A DNA stretch of 64,000 bases. Origin: Callorhinchus milii. Taxonomy: Eukaryota. Under the pieces are notes generated by a model. That model saw only the letters and a list, made by a program, of their open reading frames with translations, had not been told where the DNA came from and searched no databases. The stretch covers positions 65,536,001 through 65,600,000 of the forward strand of contig NW_024704742.1 in NCBI RefSeq assembly GCF_018977255.1, written 5' to 3'. The position numbers and the translations under genes were made by a program. Below are positions 1 through 13,345 of this stretch, piece after piece. Numbering within the stretch: the first letter of the stretch is position 1; every line of letters starts with the position of its first letter.

Positions 1-77
1 GCATTTTATTATATGGTTAGTGTCTTGATTTCTTGACAGCGTTTCAGAGAAATATATCTACAGTGTTTTCATTGCAG

Positions 78-143
78 AATTTTGTTTCATCTACATGGAA
101 TCAGACCGGCACAGTGAGCGGGAGACTTTCAGCCAAACATCCG
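78..143 (+). CDS. POLN: DNA polymerase nu, coding exon ([22 protein letters not shown])
   Basis: Acceptor ttttcattgcag and donor CCG|gtaagt; 66 nt, phase 0/0. The peptide matches vertebrate POLN '[20 protein letters not shown]' (family-A TGRLS motif), as recalled from the human sequence. Confidence 0.95.
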
Positions 144-2559
144 GTAAGTGACATTCACACTGTGGCATTCTCTTTATGGGTGACGGTTCGCTACCAGCCA
201 TTACCAAGCAAGTAATAATAATAATCATCTTTGTATTTGGTACAGCCCCCATAATTTCAAACTGTCTCAAAGCTCTTCACAGGGAATTACTGTTGAGTGG
301 TAGTGGCTGTTTATTTGTAGGCAGGTTTATCATAGAGGGATTTTTTTCATGTGATCGGTAAACATGCACAACTAATCCTTTTAAGGTAAATCATAAATGC
401 TATGGTGAAGAACTGTGTGCTTTCTGGATGAAATGATGACAGTGCCCTGACATTTATTGTTGCCTGACCTCAGTATTTTATTTGGTGGAATTGACACTGA
501 CTACACATAACTATATATTGCCTGACAGAAGACAATATACTGGTATTTATTACTCCATAAAACTGAAGAAGATTTAGTGAAGCAATGATGATGAGCGCAT
601 ATTTATTTACTGTCAATCAGAAATGAGTGCTGACGCAACCCAGATACAGTAAAATCTCATCATTATGAATTACAGTCCACCTGTGGTGCATGTCAGAGTC
701 TGAAATCTTTCATAGTCTGAAGATCACACACAATTTTTAAATTCTTAAATAAGTCTATTCTTTAAAAATGAGTTATGGAAAACTGACGTTGAAATTATAA
801 CAATAATAATCCTTGCATTTTATTTAGCGCCTTACCATGTCGTTGAGACATCTCTATGCGCTTCACAGAATATATTGTAAAGTGGATTGACTGTATATTT
901 TGTGGGCGAAATGCGGCAGCCAATTGCGCACAGCAGTATCCCACAAACAGTGGTGAATTGAGTGACCAATTTTTAAAAAAACAATTGAGGGATTATTACC
1001 CCTGGAAAGTGATCCGCCAATCGACTAACGGCCGTGCACTGTAGAGAGAGAGAGAAAAAACATATTATGACTGAATTTTAAGAATATTCCAAGCTTCTTC
1101 GCAACCTTACATTTAATGACATTGGTTGTAAGGTTAAAACCATGAGGTTTAGTGTATGCACAGTAAATCTTTGTCTGGCAAATGGGGTGCACATCGCTGA
1201 TCAATAACAACATGCCCTCAGTCATAAAAAGATTGACCTATGCACGCTGGCTGAATTTTTTAAATTACAACTTTAAAAGTATTCATTCAAGTTTAGCTGC
1301 CAAAGAAGGTCTCAGGAGAGCAATCCTTTGTGCTGAGTCAGTTTGAAGTCAAGCTAACAGTCGCTGGAGGTCAATACGTCCTCCAGAATATTGCCTGACA
1401 AATGTAGTGTTGACCCTTGTAATGGTATTTATAACTAACCCATACAAGGCTAAATATTATTGCCAGAGCTGGTGTTGACCACATCCATGGATTGTTGCAA
1501 AAATGCGGTGTTTTACTACTGTCCTGGGTCAGAATATTCAATTCACTAATAAAATGGGGTTAATAATCCTTGCTTTTGATCCTGCACACAATTGTATCTG
1601 CTTCTGTGAGGAGCATTGCTGCTGGTACTGAGGTAGCTAGCTTGTAGCTGGCTCAGTATTTATTAAGCTTCAGTATTCGATCTCCCTACTTCTCCCCCCC
1701 CCACCTCGACCCCCAGCTCCGGTCTGTAACTCTGTCTGTCCAGTGCCTTGGGATGTCCTCCCAACATGAAAGGCGCTATGCAAATTTAATTTTGTTGTTG
1801 TTGTTATTTAGAGAGCCAAGCCATGTCTCATTACATTACTACACACATGCAAACACTTATGCAACTAAAAGCTCAAATAGCAAAATCCTGTTTAATAGCA
1901 GTACTATTGTTAAATATCCAAATAATCACATGTCTAGTGATAGTCTGTACAATTTTACGAATGTCCAAGAACATAAGAATTTCTAGGGTAGAAAAGGCCA
2001 CTGCAATATGAATAAGATAAATAGAACTATAGAAATCTACCAGCAGAGTAGGAGACCATTTAATCCATTGTAATATTGTTGGTATTTGCTCCTCCAATGA
2101 AACCATTTGTCCGCATCCCAATTCCTCACTCTTTTCCTGTACCTGCAATACACTTCCTTTGCATGTACTTACTTAAGTGATTCCCTTCTAAATGCCTACC
2201 TGAATTGTACTCCAACCACCACCTCTGGCAAATCATTCCATGTTCTAATAATCCTGTGGAAGATAACACTCTTCTTTCAGCGCTTTGGGACGTCCTCCTG
2301 ACGTGAAAGACGCTCAATAAATGGAATCTTGTTGTTGTTAATCTCTCCTTTCACGGACCCAGTTTTAATCTTATTTTGTTGCCCTCTTGTCCTTGAATCA
2401 CCAACAGGCAGAAATAGTTTCTCACTATTTATGCACCGCCTCTCAAACCTTTTCATGATCTTTATTTCATATCAGAGAATAAGGTGCTGGATTACCACAT
2501 GTTCAACCATTTATAAATACCACAGTGAGATTAAAATGATCTTTATTAATAATAATAAT

Positions 2560-2668
2560 TAAAAATAAAAACATAAGTCGCTGGGAACACTTAGCAGGTC
2601 AGGCAGCATCTATGGAGTAGAGGAAAGTTAGTTAATGTTTCAGGTTGATGACCTTTCGTCAGAACTCA
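2560..2668 (-). mobile_element. Penelope-like terminal-repeat fragment containing a minimal type-I hammerhead motif (2630-2666)
   Basis: The minus strand reads AGTT-CTGACGA-A-AGGT(catca)ACCT-GAAAC-ATT-AACT, followed by ...atagatgctgcctgacctgct. The same family occurs at 25.5 kb and 48.4 kb. Confidence 0.6.
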
Positions 2669-4139
2669 CAGCTTGCATTAATATAGCCCCTTTCACATCA
2701 AGTGAAAGTCTTAAAACATTTCACAGAGACAGTTGAGAGCAATGGCAGGGAGGAGAGCAAAGTGAATTTAAGACATGTTCATAGATTCTATTAAGAGAGT
2801 TTTAAAATCAAAGAGCGAAGGCTTGGTCACCATTAGTAGGACAGAGAGTGAGAGGAGTGGAGGACATGAGCAGTAAAATATGCCTGGAGGAGATTGTGTA
2901 CCTGAAGGAGAACATGAGAACATTTGAGGATGAAGGTCTGGGGTATTGGAACTTGGAAAGGATGAGAGCAATTAATGTGTGTAGCAGATTTTTGGAAGTA
3001 CTGCGGAAAATCGTTTTCCAAATTAAGACAAAAATTACAACTTTTCTAAAATTTTATAGAATCTTAAAGGCTAAAACAGTGAAAAATCGTTTCCAGCAGA
3101 TTTTAACAACTGCTTAAGTATTTGTGTATCAGTAATATTTATATTCTATACATCAGGCATTGGCGCATCCAATTCATTTTCAGGCACTGAGTTGTTGAGA
3201 TATTGTGTTATGGGTGTGATGTAATTCAGCTTCACCTCAGTTTTTTTGTAAAGTGAGTGAGTAAATAACCTAACATGAGTACTGCTAGTGTATACTTCTG
3301 TTGTGAGGGGAAGGGCAAAGGCATATTGACTATTCTTAGTAACACACGGAGTGTCTTTGGTCCTAATCTTTCTCACTCAGACACAAGACTATATTGCAAT
3401 TGAGAGTGAGTGGCATATTGAAAATAATTAACTCCACAGATTGCTGCACTCTGTGAAATTATATAAAATTACAGTATATCACAGAACAGTTTTAAGTTTG
3501 CCGATTAGAGTGGCCAGTAGAAATTAAATGGACCCATTTATCAGATTGTCCCTGCTAAGAAAAGCCCATTGGAACTGACAGGCTGAATGAATCGGTGCTT
3601 CAGAACATTTTGCTTTTTAAAGAAATATCTTCATTATGAATTGGTGTCAGCTGTACTTGGGTGGCTTAATGTCTTTTAACAAGAACAGGGGCCAGGGCCT
3701 GTGGGAATAAAGAAATAGGTGCCTGGTGATTGGGAGGTTAGGCAAAGCTCATTCTGACTACAAATTATAGACAAGTGCCTTTCTCGGGCATGGAGCACAA
3801 CTGATAGGTCACAGGTGGTCTGAGATACAAATCAAAACGAGAGTGAAAAAAAGCTCACATCATAATTGAGGTGGTGAAGGTCACTATTTGTAAAAATGTC
3901 AGTATCCTGTAGTACTCTCTGAAGGCTTCCTGCGAGCTAGCAGACATGGCAGGGACTAAAGATAAGGGACTCCATACTATGGGGCAAAAAAGCATAATGC
4001 ATGGTCACATCTGGGGCTCCTTAGAGCTCTATCCTCAGTCCGCTCCTATTCATCCTATTCTATACAAGTTAATAATAATTATTATACAAATTCCCCCTTG
4101 GTGACATCATCCTCAAGCATGGGCTCAATGTACACAGTA

Positions 4140-4470
4140 ATGGAATAACTGTGTATTCGTAGGCAAACACGGGAGCACAATTGTACACACAATGTCCCAC
4201 AAACAGTCATGAAAAAAATGAACAATTTTACTTGGGGATTGTTGACCATGACACTGGGAGAAACTCCCTTCTCTTTTCGAATAGCCCCACAAGGTCTTTC
4301 ACCATCCACCTGAATCGGAAGACAGGACCTTGATTTAATGTCCCATCCAAAGTACGACACCTCTGACAAGGCAACCCCTCCACCCAGCACTGCATTTGAA
4401 TACTAATTTAGGGTCTTGGACCTACAACCTCCTGACTCAGAGGTGAGGGTGCTCTGAACCAAACTGACAT
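4140..4470 (-). mobile_element. DeuSINE (SacSINE1/AmnSINE-like), degraded
   Basis: Reverse complement of the tRNA-like head (ctctgagtcaggaggttgtagg) and of the Deu domain (ctgtttgtgggacattgtgtgtacaattg). Confidence 0.65.
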
Positions 4471-5514
4471 ACAGCTATTTTTCAGAAGTATTGACAAAAC
4501 AAATTGTTGGCAATGATTGTATCAACAACAACAACTTGCATTTATATAGCACCCCTCATGCAGGGTAGCGCCCCAGAGCGCTTGACAGTGCGGAGCACAG
4601 CGCCGAGCTGGGGGAAGGTGACCATAGGCATGGTCGAATAGGAAGGTCTTCAGGCCCGACCTGAACATGAGGAAGAAAGGGACAAGGTGAAGGGATAGAG
4701 GAAGAATGTTGCAGAGTTTCGGGTGGTAGTGGCTGAAACCGTGGCCACCAATGGTGAAATGGAGAGCTACTGTATGATTACAGAGGCATACAATTTGCAC
4801 TTATATAACATCTTTCATGTCAGGCGGTTGTCCTGAAGAGCTTGACAATTCTGAGTGGGCACCAGCTGAGGGTGGGTCTGAGGATGGTGAAGAGGAAAAG
4901 ATGACTGGAAGGAGGAGAGAAAATTGCAGCATTGGTGATAATTATCATATCGAAAACTGAAAAATTGAAAAACTGAAACTGTAGTTAATAGTTGTAGTTA
5001 ATCCCCCAAATAAATTTGATCGTCTGTTTCATGACTATTTGTGTGACATTGCTGTGTGCAATTGTGCTGCTGCATTGGACTACAAATACACAGTTATTCC
5101 ATTTCACAATAAAACCTGTGAAGTGCTTTGAGACGTCCTTCAGGCATGACAAGGTGCTATACTAAATGCAAGGATTAGTATTGTTATTTTTGTAAACTGA
5201 CTTTAACATTAGAATTTTACAAGCTTGTCAGAGCTATGTACTAATTTAAACAGACGACACACAGCAGACAGTTTGCTAGTTGAAAACATAAACTTCAAAG
5301 CATGTTTTGATGTACTCATGGTAGCATAAAATGAATAGCACTGGCATTTAATTTAGCTCCTTGTCATCTCAAAATAAGTTACATTGCAGTGTGGTAGATT
5401 GTTAGGTATACAATTGCTGCAAGTAAACTGCAATATGAATATCCCATTCACAGCAATGAGACGAATAACTAGTCAAGCTTATTTTTCGCTGGATATTTTT
5501 TTTCCATGATTCTA

Positions 5515-6420
5515 AGAGGTGTGGGGATAAGGCAGGGAGGTGGGATTGAATGAACACCTTACTCTAATATCCGGTGCAGGCTTGATGGGCCAAATGGCCT
5601 CCTGTGTTGTACATTTCTATGATTCTATGATCTAAAAGAGATATAGTGAGTGAGAAGGATAGTAGCAGGCTGCAAGAGAACATAGACAGGCTGGTGAAAT
5701 GGGCAGAAACGTGACAGATGGAATTTAATGCAGAGATTTTTGTATGTGGAGAGACCTGGGGATATGAAGTGATACATTTTGGGAGGAGGACTGAGGAGAG
5801 GCAATATAAGATAAATGGTACAATTTTAAAGGGGGTGCAGGAACAGATAGACCTCATTCACAAATGTTTGAAGATGTCAGGACAAGTTGACAAAGCTGTC
5901 AAGAAAGCATATGAGATCCTTGTTTTTTTTATTAATAGAGGCTCAGAGTATAAAAGCAAGGAAATTATGTTGAACCTTTACAAATGTTTGGTTAGGGCTC
6001 ATCTGGAGTATTGTGTCCCATTCTGGGCACCACACTTCAGGAAGGATGTCAGGGCCTTAAAGAGGATGCAGAGGAGAATTACAAGAATGATACCAAGAAT
6101 GATGGACTTCAATTATGTGGCGACACTAGAGAGACTGGGATTATTCTCCTTAGAGCAGAGGAGGTTGAAGGTAGAATTAATAGAGGTGTTCAAAATTATG
6201 AGGGGTTTTGATAGAGGAGATAGGGAGAAACTGTTTCCTTTGGCGGGTGGGTCGGTAACCAGAGGATACAGTTTTAAGATAATTGGCAAAATAACAGAGG
6301 GGAAAGGAGGAGAATTTTTATTACCCAGAGAGCTGTTACAATCTGGAATGCACTGCCTGAAAGGGTGGTGGAATATATGGAAAGGACTACATAGAAAAGT
6401 AGTGGTAGCAGATTGTCTCA
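5515..6420 (+). mobile_element. CR1 LINE: a 3' tail (5515-5630) followed by an ORF2 C-terminal fragment
   Basis: ORF 5718..6590 contains CR1-typical 'LYKCLVRAHLEYCVPFWAPHFRKD..LKRMQRRITRMIP..LGLFSLEQRRL...LIEVFKIMRG'. The upstream tail is gggccaaatggcctcc...ttctatgattctatga. Confidence 0.9.
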
Positions 6421-7394
6421 GGAAATTGACAAGGGATTTAGGTAGCTATTTGGCAAATAAATGGATTGAGACTGTGAGAGATAGAAAAGTGTATTTATTG
6501 GAACCAGCCCAATGGACTGAAGTATATTTTTTCCCAGCCCTATACATGCCCTGCCCTTCTTCAAAATATTGTAATACCGTGGTATCTTAAGCATCTGCTT
6601 GAGTCACCACAAGAAGCAGACAGAACATCAGTTTAATGTTTCATGTGAAGGGCGGCACCTGCAACAATGCAGCATTCCCTCAGTTTTGTACTGAAATATC
6701 AGCCTAGATGAATAAGTTCCAAGTATGGGACTCAAACCCAACATCTTCTGACACACAGGTGAGAGAGTGCTACCAACTGAAATAAACACCTACAACAAAT
6801 GCTGCTAATAAGACAAGTGGATGGTTGGCAACGTTCAGCTTAAATTGAGTACATTCTTTCTGCAAAGAAAGTTAATACTGTATTTTTATTGGAATCAGTA
6901 CAGGTGTTATGTTGTTTCGTAAAAGACTTGTAATAGTTTCTAAGGCTTTCAATTCTGATTTCTGTGAGCCTATCCTGAAGTACTCTCTTGAGATAAACTC
7001 AAATTCTTTTCATTATACAGCAGAAAAAAAGCTATTGCCGTTTCAATAAGTAAGTGAAGCATAAACCATGTGATGGGGGCTGTGATGAATAGCATTTTCT
7101 TATTAAATAAGTTAGTCTATTTTCTGAGCGTCATAACATTTTATCCCAGTTTAGAGCCAATTTGAGTATAGCAGAGTCAACATGAATGTTCCTTTAGTTA
7201 TTTTCAGTTTAGTTTAGTTTAGTTATTTAGTTATTTAGTTATTCCAAGTTATTTTCCATTAGCGGATTAATTCATTGGTGAGGGGTAGATTCAATTTGCT
7301 GAAATAAGGGGACATTTTCTGATATTACAAAATATTTATGTCGACTGTACAAAAATGTCAAGGGAACCAGAATCTGTTTTCACTCCCCCCCCCC

Positions 7395-7750
7395 CACCTC
7401 TGTGACCTCCTAAACCCCTACCACCATGCCCGCTCCCTCAGCTGAGCGGGCTCCAGCCTGCTTCAGGTCCTGCCCCACCATTGGCAGGCAGGCCTTCATC
7501 CACTCTGCCCCTACCATCTGGAACTCCATCCCGCAGTCCCTCCGCCTCACCCCCTCCCTTGCCTCCTTCAAGACCCATCTCAAGCCCCTCCTCTTCGACC
7601 GTGCGTTCGGTCACCCTCTTATCCGACCTGCCCTCCACCCTCCCTGATCCCGACTCCCAGCTCGGTTCCGAAACACTGATTATCCAGCACCTTGGGACGT
7701 CCTCCCGACTTGAAAGGCGTTATACAAATGTCATTTTGTTGTTGTTGTTC
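7395..7750 (+). mobile_element. L2 LINE 3' end
   Basis: In-frame 'APTIWNSIPQSLRLTPSLASFKTHLKPLLFDRAF', followed by the 3' stem-loop (gcaccttgggacgtcctcccgacttgaaaggcg) and (TTG)n. Confidence 0.85.
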
Positions 7751-7997
7751 TAATGTCACAGAAATAAACTTTGTCATGTAAATCTAAATAAGAATAACTT
7801 CCACAACTTTCACTTGTGGCCAGAAGGGATCTGCTGATTAGTAGTAGAAATAGTAATCATTGCATTTGATTTCATGCTTTATCGCACCATTTGAAAACAT
7901 CTCAAAGGGCTTCACTGTGAAGTGTAGTGAATGTATATTGGTAGGTAGCAGCCAGTTTGCGCACAGTAACCTCCCACAATGTACCTGTATCACATGT

Positions 7998-8300
7998 GGA
8001 GTCCTGTAGCTCAGTGGTTAGAGCACTTACCTCGCAAGTGAGAGACCTGGGTTTGATTCCCGGCAGGGCAAAACCTTGCCTGATAATAATCCCGCAAGAA
8101 AAAAAACAATAATAATTTAGTCACTCAATCCACGCCTGTTTGTGGGACACTGGTATGTCCAATTGGTTGCCGCGTTTCGCCCACAAATATACAGTCAATT
8201 CACTTTACAGTATATTCTGTGAAATGCTTTGAGACATCTTGCAGACGTGATAAGGTGCTATATCAAATGCAAGGATTAATATTATATTTTATTTATTATT
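7998..8300 (+). mobile_element. tRNA(Ala-like)-headed DeuSINE with L2-type tail
   Basis: Head ggagtcctgtagctcagtggttagagc with A and B boxes, then the Deu domain (tgtttgtgggacact...aattggttgccgcgtttcgcc), then the tail aaatgcaaggatta(tta)n. Confidence 0.85.
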
Positions 8301-9965
8301 CAGCATTGTATTTATATGCTATAAGATCCCTTCTGTGTGGCCTCTCTTTTCCATTCCAAAATGCCCTGTTTTTCCTCATAGTTTATCTTGCTGACAACGG
8401 GGATCAGCCGTCACATTCTCTTTTTTGTCTCTGAGGTCTGTTCTGAAAGTTTTGTTCACATGTTTGGATCTCTTTCCTCCTGTACTCTGTACACTGCCTC
8501 TCTGTGATTGAAAAACTCTATTGATTTGCTTTGGCCAGTACATAACCAATCATTCATTCCTCAGGACCAGCTCATTGCTGATATTTTTGACTCACTATGG
8601 CTTGCAATGCGTTACTTCTTTAGAGATTGTGCATTAAATATCAGATGATAACTACCTCCTACTACCTCCACCTCCTGCCAATCTTACCCCCATTCCTCTC
8701 TTTGCTCAGCTGACTCCAAACTTCTGCACGCCCCTCATTCCCTCTGCTCCACCATTGATGGCTATACTTTCAGCCAGAACACCTCAAAACAATGGAACTC
8801 TCTGCCTCAGTCCCTCTGCCTTGCCTCCTCCTTGCCAATATTCAGATCATACCTGAAAACTTTCCTCTTGGACTGGTGCCTACGCTCACCTCCCCTCTCT
8901 CCCCAGCTTGGCGCCAGGCTCCACCACTGTTAAGCACTCCGAGACTTTATCCCGTGTGAAGAACACTATATAAATGCAAGTTGCTGCTGTTGTTGATTTT
9001 CACCCTATAGAATTGTGGCTTCATTTTCAACTGGTGACTCGTGTGAGTGAGGAAGTGTTGGATTATATTAAAAGAGTTTGAGTTACTTGAATCATTTGGC
9101 GATGTCTTTAGTGATGCTTTCTCTTTCTCCAGTGTGATGATATGGGTTCCTGATATTACAAAGGTCAGCTACTTAATGTAAAGAAAAAAACTCAGCACTA
9201 ATTAGCACCCAGGTTGGACTGAAAGTTATTTATCACTATATTCAGATAGTGCAGTACTCTTGGCTGGAGAGAGACAAGGCAGATCACCTTAACAATTAAA
9301 ACACTTAACAATGAGGCAACTCCATATTGGCTTTAATTTCCTTACATTTGACATAGCACATATAACATCAATAATGTCTCAAAGCACCACTATGTTTCTG
9401 TAGTGTTTAGTGGCTTAGTGTAGGCGAACAGAACAGCCAATTTGTGCACACAAGTGTCCCCAAAATAGCCAAGAGGTTTGAGCTAATAATTAGAGCAATT
9501 TAGAGCAAATAAAGTAATTTGCTGCTGTGTTCCAGACAGCTTTTTTACAGCTTAATGTTTATTATTGGACGACCAAACACACTAATACTACTCCTAACAC
9601 CAGTAAGTAACTTATTGTTATGATTTAGTTACAGAGCTTTATATATTAAATGGAAAAAATAAAACTTAGCGTTCCGCCTTCTGAATGCTTTTCATGTGTA
9701 AGTGGGATCTGTGGAACTCTCATTTTGTTTTTTTAATATTCTGAAGCATGGTGATGGGTTTCTGCATGTGTCAGACATCCAGCTGACCAAAAAATGCTTT
9801 ATTTTTTAGTCACTAATTTTCAGTTTACACGTCAAGTTTAAAACATGAAGTGTATTAAATGCCCACCATGTAGCAGTCATTGTTTTTTGTTGGGAAATTC
9901 CTGTTTTATATGTAGATTGGATTTATTAATTCAGTGATTTCAATTCTGCAGGCAATTTATAGCTC

Positions 9966-10403
9966 TCCGACCTACTATCCCCCTACCTACCTGCCCATAC
10001 CCTCCGTTCCTCTGGCTACGGTCTGCTCCACATCCCCCGCCCCAACCGCCCTACCATCGGTGGCCGGGCCTTCAGCCTCTCAACCCCGAGGCTCTGGAAC
10101 TCTATCCCCCAGTGCCTTCGCCGCTTCCTCCCTCTCCTCCTTCAAGGCCAGTCTCAAGACCTTTCTCTTTGACCGTGCCTTCAGCTCCCCTCTCAACTCT
10201 CTACCCCCTCCTCGTCCCCTCCCTTCCCTCCCCTCACCCTGACCATTTTCCCCTCCTCGCTCTCTCCCTTCCCTCCCCTCACCCTGACCATTTCCCCCCC
10301 AATGCTCGGGTCCTGACCCAACTGTCCAGCGCCTTGGGACGTCCTCCTGACGTGAAAGGTGCTCTATAAATGGAATCTTGTTGTTGTTGTTGTTGTTGTT
10401 GTT
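9966..10403 (+). mobile_element. L2 LINE 3' end, young subfamily
   Basis: Close similarity to 23890-24317, including the duplicated 3'UTR unit cctcccttccctcccctcaccctgaccattt and a long (TTG)n tail. A second copy of the tail lies at 10608-10772. Confidence 0.9.
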
Positions 10404-10965
10404 GAGACAGCTGAGATTTCTACCACTTATAGAGAGAGCGCGAGAGAGAACAGTGAACGTGGGTAACGGATGATCTGGGGACCCAGTGGAGGCAGATTGG
10501 GCCAGAAAAATGAAGCGAGAATTGAATTAGCTACTGGGAAAAGACATTTAATTAAGTGTTATGGCAGCTAGAAATGGACTGGTGTGATATCATTATTTTA
10601 TTTTGAGGCCTTCACCTCCCCTCTCGACTCTCTACCCCCTCCTCGCTTCCTCCCTTCCCTCCCCTCACCCTGACCATTTCCCCCCTGCTCGGGTCCCGAC
10701 CCAACTGTCCAGCGCCTTGGGACATCCTCCCGACGTGAAAGGCGCTCTATAAATGCAATCTTGTTGTTGTTGTATGTGTGATAACTCTAATGGACTACAT
10801 GTCATATGGGTACAATATAAATAGAGCAAAAATAAAACATTTTCTTAAAATGAGACACATGAGGCTATGCTTTCTAAGTATTCTGTGACATTTTTTTGAA
10901 GATTGGAGCAGTATCAATACTACAATCTAAAGTACAGATGTACCTAATATTCTAATGTTTTAAAT

Positions 10966-11260
10966 TTTTTGGGGGTGGTCAGCCGGGTGTCTGACACATA
11001 TGGAAACCCATCATCATGCTTAAGAGTATCCAAACCAAACTGAGAATTCCATGCTTCCCATCTATAAATGGAAATTCACATTTATTGGAATGGAATGCGC
11101 ACTCTCTCCCTGGAGGGATGTATCTTGCTTACTTAATTCCAGAGTGTATTTGGCACAGGCTGGCAAGAGTCAAGGCTTGGGACCCAGAGTGTGCGTTGGG
11201 GTAGTGCTAGAGTTTAACCAGCTAAAACCACCAGCTTGACGTGGAGAGCACTATCCATCA
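10966..11260 (-). repeat. Unclassified interspersed repeat with a 3' hairpin and A-tail
   Basis: Related copies at about 9742-9795, 27230-27465, 28838-28970, 55578-55860, 60596-60902, 61758-61970 and 63897-64000. Where the 3' end is present, the consensus is gatgggtttccacatgtGTCAGacacccggCTGACc(A)n. Confidence 0.75.
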
Positions 11261-12859
11261 AACTTTCCTATCGCTTGCCCACCATTAGGATTTGGGCTTG
11301 AATGGATACAAGAAGCTGAGTAGGAATAATCCTTGCCCCCAATGACTGTTAATTTGTTCAATGCTTATTTCTATTCCTGTACATTATTATTAACAATAAA
11401 CATTATACATTGTTTTTCCAATTTATTTTTGAAGTCTACCCAATAGCAACTATTGTGTTCTCATTAGTGTGAGGTAGAAGTAGTTGGAGAGAGCTTCTGT
11501 TTTTTTTTTGGATGTGCTGCTCATTCGAGTCAGGGCAGTACTTTACTACGAGATCAATATGGACTGAAAGGTCCTGCTGCTTGCAGCTCAGTCCTATTTA
11601 TATGACAGAAGCTGCTGCAGACGAATGGGCCTTTATAAATGGGAACATGGTGCTCTCCATGGGCGAATGCACTGAGGTTGTAGGAAGGTTATTTTACCAT
11701 TGCTCCGAAAGGCACACTCATCTAAATACTCCATTCAGTGGATTATAATTTCTCCCCAGATTACTCTTTTTGCATGTGACATGTTACCACATAAATAGGT
11801 CAAATACTGTACTAAACTGACTGGAAAACTGGAATCAAAAATAAGGTTGAATTTTTTAGATTTTCTAATATTCTCCATGGAATTCATTGGATAGAAATGA
11901 CGCCAATCTCCTGCTAGACTGTAGGAACCTGCTGTGGCTTCACAGAAGTTGAAAAAGAGATTGGGATTCAGAGAGTTCAGGAGGGTCAGCCTGAGAAAAA
12001 GTGGATAGTCAGAAGATCTGCAAGTTCCAAAACCTTTTGTGAATCCCACAAAATAAACACATTTGTCCCTCCCCCACCTCCCCAACCACACACACAAAGC
12101 ATACAGACATACATGCACTCACCCACCCACTCAATATAAATAGCAGGCCAGCTCAGTCACACTATAAGGCTGCTGAGCACACTGAGAAATTAATAAATAC
12201 GCACATTGCCAAAGATGCATTTAACCAGGAAATGATAGTTTAGTACAGCTTAAATATTGGATTCATCCCTTCAATTATTCATAGGACATTCAATTACCCA
12301 AATAGCTGCTTGGCACATGACTTGTGGATCTTGTCAGTTCCTGGCTTATGAGTGTGATGATGCTGACATTTGTGGCCATGAAACATTATATACACTGTGG
12401 GAGACACTCTGCTGAATACACAAGAACTGTTGTTCAGAACTTGCATGTGGCTTGAACTTATTGTTAAAAGTAACAGAGCAGAATTCATGTTTAAGTCATG
12501 CACACATCAAAGCTACTGAGTTTGTGAGGAGTTTAAATGATGCCCATGTTCTGAATAAATTTATCCATCAGTCGCTCCCACACACATTTGTATTGTCAAT
12601 GTTTTTTTGAAGGGTTATCCATTGGCTGTTTGCAGTTGGGAATTGTTGCAGGTTTATTTGACAACAGCAACTTGCATTTATGTAGTGCTTTTCATGCAGG
12701 CAGCGTCTCAGAGCACTGAACTGCTTATGAGCCAACAAGACAAGATGGGCTGGATGGCCTTCTTCTGTGTCGTAAATTTCTATGGCTCCATGATACCAGG
12801 AATTATTTATTTTAGGTGAACTGTTGTAACTTAACATGATATCACAAGAGTTGTTTGAA

Positions 12860-13345
12860 TAAAGATGGCCATTGGACCCATCTGATCTCATCCTTCCAGA
12901 ATGCCCATCCTACAAAGCATCAAGCTGCTTTTTAAATGAGTCCAGTGCCCTGGTCTCTACCAGCTTTCCTGGCAACCTGTTCCAGTCATTAATTACCCTC
13001 TGAGTAAAGAAAAACTTCCTGGCATCTGTCTGGCAATTGTCCTTTGCTACTCTAAACATGTGGCCTCTTGTTCTACTGTCTTGGTGCATCCTAAAGTATT
13101 GTTGTAAGGTTTACTTTTTCATTCCCATTTAAATCTTATGCACTTCAATGAGGTCCCTTCTGAGTCTTCATCTTTTAAGACTGAAGAGTCTTAGCTTGTC
13201 TAATCATTATTCAGAGCTCATTCTGCTGTGAGTAGCACTGTATGGGTATCTAGGTATGGCCTGACCAGAGCACTGTACAGCCTGAGTATGACTGCGGATC
13301 TAAACTCAACTTATTTACCAATGTAGCCCAGCATTGGGTTTGCCT
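12860..13345 (-). mobile_element. CR1 LINE, degraded fragment
   Basis: Reverse-complement CR1 signatures, including aagttttt ctttactcagagggtaattaatgactggaacagg and cagtgctctggtcaggccatacctaga. Confidence 0.65.

Noticed and set aside
33..215. Short ORFs overlapping POLN exons (33..215, 39224..39514, 54819..55007, 60408..60695) considered as standalone genes
   Set aside because: Only the segments bounded by AG/GT match POLN; the remainder is intron read-through.
5718..6590. 290-aa ORF
   Set aside because: It is a CR1 ORF2 C-terminal remnant with internal deletions that reads through into non-coding sequence.
7998..8070. tRNA-like sequences (also at 15698, 30023, 51106 and 60215-60284)
   Set aside because: They are SINE heads. 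A and B boxes are present, but the acceptor stem is not completed and each runs into the SINE body.
10979..11012. gtCTGAcacatatgGAAAc in the A-tailed repeat as a hammerhead
   Set aside because: It lacks the CUGANGA core (no GA at positions 8-9) in all copies and lies antisense to the A-tail.
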